A DNA stretch of 53,075 bases, the filler included, from Sphacelaria rigidula (taxonomy: Eukaryota): assembly GCA_964200075.2 (NCBI GenBank). It is 4 parts of 4 records of this genome, joined end to end, with 100 filler letters (N's around TTAATTAATTAA, not from the genome) between each part and the next. Parts side by side here need not be neighbours in the genome. Positions count along the whole stretch, not along the records: positions 13,297 to 26,489 come from CAXNAA020003077.1; 3 more parts are not named here. One strand, given 5' to 3'. The translations under genes were made by a program, and so were the position numbers. Below the pieces are notes generated by a model, which saw only the letters and a list, made by a program, of their open reading frames with translations, did not search any database and was not told the origin of the DNA. Numbering within the stretch: position 1 is the first letter of the stretch; each line of letters starts with the position of its first letter. Below are positions 13,297 through 23,000 of the stretch, one piece after another.

Positions 13297-14034
13297 GAAA
13301 GGAATAAGGGGTTCGCTTCCCTTCCCGGCATGGGGAGTGGCCCCCTAAGTGAACCTCCCGCGTCCCCCCCCCCTCTTTCTCGTGCTGTTTAGAAAATCGC
13401 TTCTTTTTTTTTTGTCCAGGCTCCCAACGATGCTATTTGTTTGAGGTTCTCGTGTGTGTGTTTCCTCATTATGAAGCATTTTTCATGACTGCTTTAAATC
13501 TTGCTCTCTTTCCAGTTTCGTTATTTCCACACCCTGGACAATAAATTCTATTGTAAAAAATGTACTGCGGACAGTATGGAATATGTTGTCTGCTGCAATA
13601 GGCGCAATAGTCGATACTGTACACAGTACCCTTTTTGACAGAGTATTCTATTGTCCAGGGTGTGGTTATTTCGTCGCAAAATATCGAGCCAAGTGAGAGT
13701 ACGGCGTCTAAAAACCGAACGACTCATACGCTGTGCTGAGCTTGTGTTTCTCAATAACGTCTTTTTTTCATCTTGATTTTCTTCTTCGTTTTATCACAAA
13801 TTTCGCCGTTGTATTAAGAAATGAGAGTGAGGTTACGCTGACTGATATGTCACAATTTCCGCTCTTGTATACGTAGACAAAAGGGATATGGGTACGCTGG
13901 ATTATGACTATTCGTTCTGAAGCACGTTATTCACAACCATTTCTGTTGTAAACACGCACGAAGTGTTTGGTGTGCTCCTGGTGCTTTTTCAGTAAAAAGT
14001 GTTTCCTGTCCCACCCCGTTGTCACTTCAAAAAG

Positions 14035-17000
14035 GTGGAGTGTGCTGACGTGCTCGTGCTGAACAAGATGGACACCCTCCCAAAGGACAAGCAGGCACTG
14101 CTCACAGAGGTGAGGAAAAGCCCCCCCAGCAGAAGCCACGCCGGAAATAGCCCAGTGTAGCTTCTATTACCTAGTGTCGAGATGGTTCAGGCGAGTGTTT
14201 TTAATCCTCGAGAGCGCTACGCGCAGAATTATCTGAAAGTAACGCGTTCATACCAACCGCAGCTGATGTCTTTTGTTCTATTTTAAGAAACGCGATTATT
14301 CATCTCTCGTTTACTGCGACGCTTCTGACAACAAAGGAAAGTGTGCGATTTTGTCATATATTCGTACGGAGACGCGTCCGTCGGTTGACATATCATTGTC
14401 CTTAGTAGAGCATCGCGGTTAGCATGTCGAGGAAAAAAAAACTGCTTTGAGAACACCGTTCGCACACCACCCGCATATACTGCACACACGAGGCGACCTA
14501 AATTTTTGGTCGTACATCTATGGTTGATTTTTTCGAACAAGCTAACAATAACGCTACCCGTAAAACCCTCAGATCTTCCGCCCTCCGAGGCTCCCCCGGA
14601 GAGGGCCTCTGGCGATCCCTGTGGAGGATTTGTAACCCTAACCCCTAGGCAAAGTGCGCGTTGGCAGACCTGAAATCAACGCCGCAGGCGCCGATTTCGA
14701 CAAAATCACGTTGTGGACGAGCTGGGTTCACTGCTCACGTGCCCCAAACCGTGAAATTTTCTAATAACTTTCTCGAGTCTAGAATCAAGTACGTAGTCAT
14801 ATCGTCAACCATAGATATACTACCAAAGCTCTAGGTCTACTGGCACACACGCATGCACACTTCCGGTGCGTTCTTATGTGAGGACTTTTTTCGGTGTTTT
14901 TGCTTTCAACTGCGCTGAGTCGAGAGGGTATTCCTTCCCTACAGGATACGGGGTACCGTAGCTACATTTATACGGGAGGTGTGAAATGAACACACCCTAG
15001 ACAATGGATGGCACTGTCAACACGTGTACTGGGTACAGTATCGACTATTGCGTCAATTGCAGTAAGCAGTTGATTCCATATGGTACGCAGCACACTTTTT
15101 GACAGGGTAATATTGTCGTGTAGATGTTTTGTTCCTTGCCTTCCTCTGCGGGCTGTTTGAGTTATGGATATGGGTGGTATGCTCCTTCCACTCTGTGCCC
15201 ACGGGTTCGAGAGATCGGGTTAATGTGATGAACATAATAATAATAATAATAATAATAATCTGATGTCCAGGGTGTGGAAATGAACCAGAATCCATATGAC
15301 AGTCTCGTTCGCGTGCGCGCCGGGGGGGGTGTAGTCATGATCATGCATGACATAGTCATGAAGACCATTGACCTCGCACGGCGCGGGGGGGGGGGGGTAT
15401 TCACAGTGCTATGTGGGTTGTGCGAGAAAACCGTCGTTCGTCTGTGGTTTGTTGCATATTTGAAGCTTGGAGAAAAAAGCAGTGCAAGCCAAAGAAATAA
15501 GAGCAGGGTGACTGCACAGACGCAAACCAGCGTGGAATGTCATCGATATATGAACACCCCGGAGTTACTAGTTTTAATTATCAGTAGTTTTCCGTGGGGG
15601 AGGGGGGAGTGACTACATTCATTTGTGATGGTGTAGCCGCGGCGTCCCTTCCTCCTCCTTCATCCCTGCATCGTGCTCAAGGCTTCTCCCGCTGCTTGAT
15701 TTATCTGGGTTCCGCGCAGATCCTGATGGCGCTGAACCCTCACGCGAAGATCCTGGGCTGTACGTACGGCAAGGTGGATATTGAAGGTGCTTGTCTGTCA
15801 TATGAGTACTCGTAAGGCGTTCCATTGGCAGGCAAAATGTTTCGGAGATATTTGCTGCTCGAGAATGTACTGTACATGAAAAATCAAGTCACCGACGCTC
15901 GCATCAGCACACACACACACACACACGTAGGGCGGCTGGCTCACTAGAAAATGACCAGTACTTGAGCAGTCGACTCAGGTGAGGTGAAAAAAGGTGTTGT
16001 GACGTCGCGTAAAATCGACTTTTCAAGCAGAACTGATGGGTTTGTTCTCTCCGTGTTGTTCTCTACCAGTCGTCGAGACTTTCGTGAGTTGTTTTGGATG
16101 ATAGTTAACTACGTGTGTCAATGCAGTACCCCCGGTCAGGACAATTATAAGTTGGGCCGGCGACGACCCCGTCAACACGGTGCACTGGCCATGCGCGGCG
16201 CTAGGTTTTCGAATTTCGGGGTGAAGGTTTGACACCAGATTGACACCAAGGTCTACCCCCTCGAACAAATCACTTTTAGTTTTGTTTTTCTTGACTTCAT
16301 CTCCGGAAGATCAAATTTTTGGGGGGGTCTGTCTGCAGCCACGGTAAGGTGGTTCGTTTGCGAGGGTAGGCCTATGTGTTGTCTATCAGGTGTCATCGCA
16401 CCCCCAAGGTCGAAAACATGCCCCCCGCATGGACGTTTGCGCGTGAGCAGATTGTGGAGGCTGTTTGCAAGGAGCAAAACTACCGGCAATGCTGTCATGT
16501 TGCTTTGATTGTGTGACGTAGCCTCAATAGTCACTTGTCCTGCCCCTCGTAGTAAAAGATGGTGATGACAAAAGTCATCTCCCAGCACTGATCGCTCGGC
16601 GGGCTCGATGCCATGTTCCAGAGTGTGCGCAGCACGCGCGGGGCCTGCAAGCAAAGGGCCGCAGCAGAGTCTCGAGCACCCTAGTAAAAGCTCTGCCCTA
16701 ATCTTTTGAAAACTCAATACGCCTCATTTTTTTTATCAGTTGCGCGCCCATACCTCACTCAGAATATTATGAGCACAAGACCTTTTTTTTTGTCATAACG
16801 TACTCACGTACATCGCAAGCTATCTGGGCACGCGCATGGCGATCTCGGGATCACAATGGTGTATTCACTTGGCGATATCGTCGCGGTTATCGAGATATGT
16901 TCGGTGGAAGGAATACCAGTTTCTCGGCCGGCCCAGCTCGTATGACCCTTCATTTCATACATTTGTGACAAGCACGAGACAAGGCAAAGCTCGCTTGGTC

Positions 17001-20000
17001 TTTGCGACGGTACTTGATCGGGGGAGGTACAACGAAGTAGGGGGCTGTGGTCATCTCATTCGCTTACGATGTTTTTAATCCTTTGCTTATATCGGTGCTG
17101 TGCACTCCCTTGCTCCTGTTCATTTTTCGTGTGCATGTAGTTATGGGCGCCACTTCTGCTTCGCTTGATCTGCTGTCTCCGAGTCTAAGCTCTACCCACC
17201 CACCCGCCCGCCCGCCCGTCCTCGCCCGCCCGCCCCCCGGATAGATGTTCTAGGTGTCATGGACGGCCAAGGCGTGGCAGACTTCGGCACCATAGACGAT
17301 CACAAGGAAACGATATCCGCGTTCGACGCGAGTGCAGCTGCGGCACCACCTACGACGCCCACCGAACCGGCAGCAGCGACGACGACAAGCGATCATGCTC
17401 ACTCTCATTCTTCCGGTGAACATGGTCATGGTGACGAGGTACGTCAAGAGGGGGATGGGAAGGGGTGATCTCGTCCGGAACTCAAGTACAATGGTCGTGT
17501 GTTATTCCCGTCGCGTAGCTGTTTGGTTTGGTTCCCGGCAAGGAAATTCGGAGCTCGCGGAACTTGGATCCAAACTCATATGTTCGTTTTTTTCATACAT
17601 GTCCGCCAGTGCCCTGTGTGCGGAGAGGGTACTACTGTTTGAATGTACCCCCATCCTGTCGACTTGAAGACGACAGTCGAAGATGTATTCCCCACAAGGC
17701 TAGTTTGGGCGGATTTCGTGGGTTGACATCCTGATAACATGGATTTTTTTCTCTAGTGCTCGTCGTCCGAAACCGCTAGAACATAAGTTGGCGTTCAAAC
17801 GTGAAATCTGAGATGAGTCGACGGGCTGCGGGGGTGCTGATTCAGTTGATTGATTGATTGATTGATTGAGTGTCGCACTTTAACTGACCCCCCAGGGGTC
17901 CAGCCGTGGTCTCATGATGGACGTACCCAACAAAAACGAAACTGAAACACGCTCTGAGAAGAAAAAAAACGAGGGTCGAACAGAACGATGTAGCAGACTA
18001 AATCGTAACAGAAGAAAATGTAATAAAAAAATCAACACAAGCAAAGCACAGAAAGAAGTGGTCGACCGAAAACAATAGAAAAAGGAAGAGAAGAGGAAAG
18101 TGCTCGACTAGAAGGTGGAAGGCAATTACCCGGGGAGAGAGAAAGATGAAGAAAAATGGTTCACCAGGAGGAAATAGGTGGGTTTAAAAGGACGATGCAA
18201 ACGATGAGAGATGACCTGCGCGTGCGGCAGATGTCTTGACAATTGACGATGCATCTTCTCCAAGATCTGCTGCTCATCTGTACACTACACCTGTGACACA
18301 CTTCGAGCAGCTCATACCAACTCATGTGCGGTACGTACGTATGTATGTATGTTTGTATGTATGAAGGCGGCAGGGGCGGTCGGCACGAGCGAAAGCAGCA
18401 GCAGCAGCCACAGCCACAGCCACAGTCATGCGCACGGCGACCATGCGTCAGAGGGGCAGGAATTCGATCCCAACTGCGCGACGTGTACCGAAGGGGAGGG
18501 GCACGGACACGTGAGGAAAATCATGAAATGCAATCAGGGCGTGCTCGTATTGGTTTGGGGTGGAGAGTACGGAACCCTTGTGTATTCGTATTCTCATTCC
18601 GTCCTTAGTTGCAATGGGCCTATATTGTAAGCAGTATAATTATTATATTTTGCAACTATTGACCATATTTTGTCCTGGGTGTACAATATTTCGCCCGGGT
18701 GACGCGTTTTGTGAGTCGCCAGCGGTCGGTTGCAGCTGCTGTCCCAGGCGATTTCACCATTTAAAAAGAAAACATTTTCCGGGCCGTTGTACTTGGAAGC
18801 GATATGTGGAGAATAACGGCATGGTGCAGTACTTTTGATTATCCCTGAACCGCACTGGCCTTGCTGTTCGGAAGGCCCATCTCTACCTACTTCACTTCGT
18901 GGGAAAATAGTACAGTTGTTGGGGAGGTCTAGAGGTACCGCTCCCCCCCCCCCCCACCCCGTTGCTTCACCTTGTCGAAACGCACCGCGCGAATGGAGTA
19001 GCAGGTAGCAAGGGCATGTCATGGTATGTCTTCCCTGTTAGAATCTAGGTCAAGTGTTGCCATGCCAGTCATGCGACGGAAGTCGAAGATAACTCGACGC
19101 CTGAGCATGACGCAATCAGACATGAAAGAAATGTTCCAACAAAATTTGATTGCGTTGGGCTGCTCATGTCTATCTGCATCGATACCTTTTTATTTACCAC
19201 GTCCGCACACATTGAAAAGTGCTCCCCCCGTGTCGGAAGATCCTGTGTCCCCGGGATGCGTTGTGCTTATATGCCACCGAACGTTTCTCGCCCCCTCTCT
19301 TCAATGCTGTCTGCATTCCCTTTAATTATGCTGTTTTTCCGTGTTGAGCCCTTACTCCTGTATATTCTGTATGAACACGGGCTTCGGTCCGGGGTTCGAT
19401 GACTCAATAACTTTCGGTCATTTTATGGCGGTGCTTTTCAACGCATCGTTATTCAGGCATGTGTAACACAGTACGTAAATTCCATTAAACCACCCAGTGG
19501 ATTACCATTAGATGAAAATGGGGCGCCGCGTATCACTCGTTTCCGTTTTCGTTTTTCGATTGGGGGTATGAATGAGTGTGTGATTTTGCGCAAGACGTTT
19601 TTCACCGAAACCGTGTTGCAAGGGCCGGCCATCCTACCTTCTTGTTCTGTTTTGTTCTGTTCCCATTGTTTCACATGCCGGACAGGTCATGATCTAGCTA
19701 CCTAAAAAATGAAATCGAAGAGGACCCTCAGTTCCACTGTCCAAAACCACAAAATTTGGGACAGTGAGGTCCGAGAAGCCAAAGCGCTACTTTTCAAGGG
19801 CAGATCGAGTAGAGTAAACTCAATCGCGGGGGATTTTGAAAGCCGTACTTGAAGTACACAAACTGGGGATAGGGTTTTAGAGATCGCTTTCCAGTTATGT
19901 TTTGGGTACGACTCCCAACACTTTACCCTAAATTGAGTACCTCAAGTAAGTCTTTGAAAATACCCCGCGATCGTGTATACTCTACTCGGTCTGCCCTTGC

Positions 20001-23000
20001 TACTTTTACCCTACTCCGCGTGCCCGGCATCCAGCGCTGTAGGGCGCCAAATGAGCTATGACAGCTCAGGATCCGGATCAATGCACTAGTAAGTAGTAAT
20101 TAGGTAGCTCACGAGCTGTCCGACATGTGCATTCTTCTCAAGTCTACTCTGTTTGTTGTACCTTTTCTGTTGCTTCACTTTTCTTCAGCGGTTGTTTCCG
20201 TTTTGTTTTATGTCGGGTACGCCAATCGTGTGACCACGGCTGGATCCCCCCTGGGGGATACGTTAGCATACGACAATAAATCGACTTATCAAATCCGTTG
20301 TGTCGTTGATGGGATCTTCACGCGGTTGATCATGAAATTTATCCACATTTATGTCGGCCGATTTACTTCATCGGCATCGTATGCTTCAAACGTATTGTAC
20401 CTTGGAACCATCCGTGCTAAGAACAAATCAAATGTGACCCCAGCGGTCTCATTTTTTCTCACGTTGTCCGATTTATTATCAAGGCGTTTTGTTGACGAGA
20501 TTGATCTGAGCCCTGTCGAATCCGATACCTGGTAAATATGGACCCTCCCCCCCTCGAAGCACCGACTTCACTAAACTTCGAGTTCCTTCACCTTTTTTTT
20601 TCTCCTCTCTCGATTTTCATCTAGCCATGTGTTTCCTATATCCCCGCCCCCTCATGAAATCGTTTGGTCCATTAGACAGTAGCGAGAAAACGATGTTTGT
20701 ACTGGGAGATGGATGGTGACCACAGACGGCGAAACAGGACGGGGATATGATATGTAAAAGGTTTTTGTGCAATGTACGGAAGAAATATAATGATCACCTA
20801 AATGTTAGAGGTGTCTGTATTAGGAGTAGGAACGGTGCTCCGTCTCGATAGGGATGCGTGGTCAATGGTCAAACGACTAAGGCAAGCAACAAGTGAGTAC
20901 GCCCCCCCCCCCGCCGCCTGCTCCCGACGCAGGATCACTCTCACAGCCACGCACACGGGGCGTCCGGGGAAGGCACGACTACCGCAGCGAAACGTTTCGG
21001 TATCGATAACTTTGTGTACCGCCAGCGGAGACCCTTCCACCCTGAACGGCTTGGTCACGTCTTGCAGGTGAAGATTATATGTGGTGAACATCGGCCGCAG
21101 CCTGCGACAGGTTGGAGGAGGGAAGGCAGAGGAATGGGGAGAGAGGGGATTGGGAACTGGCCACGCGCTATTGGATTCGTTTGATGCCCTCGACCTGAGG
21201 GAGAGCGAGGAGTAGCAGGTCGAATGAGTCTGCCGCCTTTATGCTTTTGACTGCTTATTCTATATGCCTCATATTGAAAGCAGAAATCCTGATGTGCTCT
21301 CGTGTAAACCAATGCGACGACGTACAAATAGAAATCATGCTTACAGGCACAAATCGCCGAATTGAAATTTACAGCACCAGTCTGCAGAGCCGCACAGTGG
21401 GCGGTGTCGTTGATGGTGCGTGTGAGCTATGTTACGGTAAGGTCGCCTCCACTGTGCAGGGTGTACGTTGTGTTGTGGTGTATCCTTGCTGTTGTTGTGG
21501 AGAACGGGCGTACCTCTCTCACCATCGTGATGCCAAGACACAGCTGATTGTGCCCTGTCAGCCTCAACAAGATTGGGGCTTGAACCAACCTTTCGACAAC
21601 AATTTTGAGATCCCGAAGAGTTTATTAGCCTAACACCGCAGAGTATGGAAGCATCCCTTGTGGTGGCAGGTCGTAGTTACGCTAGATTGAAGCCTTGGGA
21701 ACGATCTTATTGCTCCGCATTTCCCCAAAATAATGGACGCTTTTTTGTCCTGTGAGCCGTTAGATATTTGTCGTCCGTCACATCACACATTAATGTGCCT
21801 AACTCGTCCAACCTTTCCTTCGCGACAGCACCACCTCAACCCCTCTGGGTACAGGCCTCCAGAATGACCAATGGGGCTGGTTAGAAATGACGTCTCTGGC
21901 GTCTGCACGAAACAGTGGGTCCTTGTCGCTGAAAATCCGCGGATGTAACCGCAGGGTTGTGAGGAAGACCGAAATTTTCATTCAATCTATTTTCAGGTGC
22001 AGGGTGCACATTAGGTAATAATGTACATCTGATGTAGCAGGCAGTATGGGTCGCCGTAGAGAGCGTTCAACAGGATGCGGCGACCAGTGGGCCGCCCGCC
22101 ACGCGTGGCTTTGGATGATATTGTTGTCCCCATCACCTTGCCACGCAGCCCTTTGTGGTCGGGGTGGGCCGCGATTTCCCTCTTCATTGCAAGCGGCAAA
22201 TTTACTTCGAAGGGTATGGGCGTTGCGGCGCACATGCATACAGTACAGTACAGTGCAGTATGCCTCTCCGACTGCAGCAGCAGCTGCCGCTGCATACTCC
22301 CTTGCACGTTCTGGGCAGTTCTTAGCTACAGAGATCAGCTGCCTATAGACAGCTTGCTCGACCTCGCGCACTACATATATGTTTACTGCACACTGCAAGG
22401 CATCGGCAGAGGGATAGGCAGAATTCATGACGGTAGCTGCTTTTGTCTTTCCATGGCCCACCTGGGTTTAGCGCCTCGTGAAAATGACCACATTGTGGCA
22501 TGTACACTTCTTGCCGGTTTTTCCTCCTCCACCCTGTGTCAGTCTAATTACTACGTTTTAGAATAGGCTGGCGACCCCCAAAAAATCCCGGGAAATCCCG
22601 GGGACGCTACACTGAATGCAAGTAATACGAGAAGCCATTCACCGAGCATCCGGGATTTGCATACTTGGGAAGGCTTATCTGGGCCAGGGATGGGACCCCC
22701 ACACGATCTTTGCAGTGGCATCACACTCGATAACAGTCCCTGCGCTGGTCGTTCGGGTCTGGTCGATAAATTTCGCCTCACCGTGATTGGGCAGGTCGCT
22801 CCTTGGCTTATTTTTTATTATTCCACCAACACATGGTCAACCCTGTGTTAGTGAGGGATCGGTCCCAAAAGGGTTAAAATCCATTCCGCACTTTCCTTGA
22901 GCAGACTACTTTCAAATCAATATACGGCCGCATTCAGCCCTTTCACGTACAAAAGTCAACCCGTCTAAGTACAACGTCATTTTAGACGTTGAACGTGGCG

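Noticed and set aside
14630-14650. AACCCTAACCC motifs (also about 41426 and 10762) as telomere remnants
   Set aside because: Only one or two degenerate units each; more likely internal motifs of dispersed repeats.
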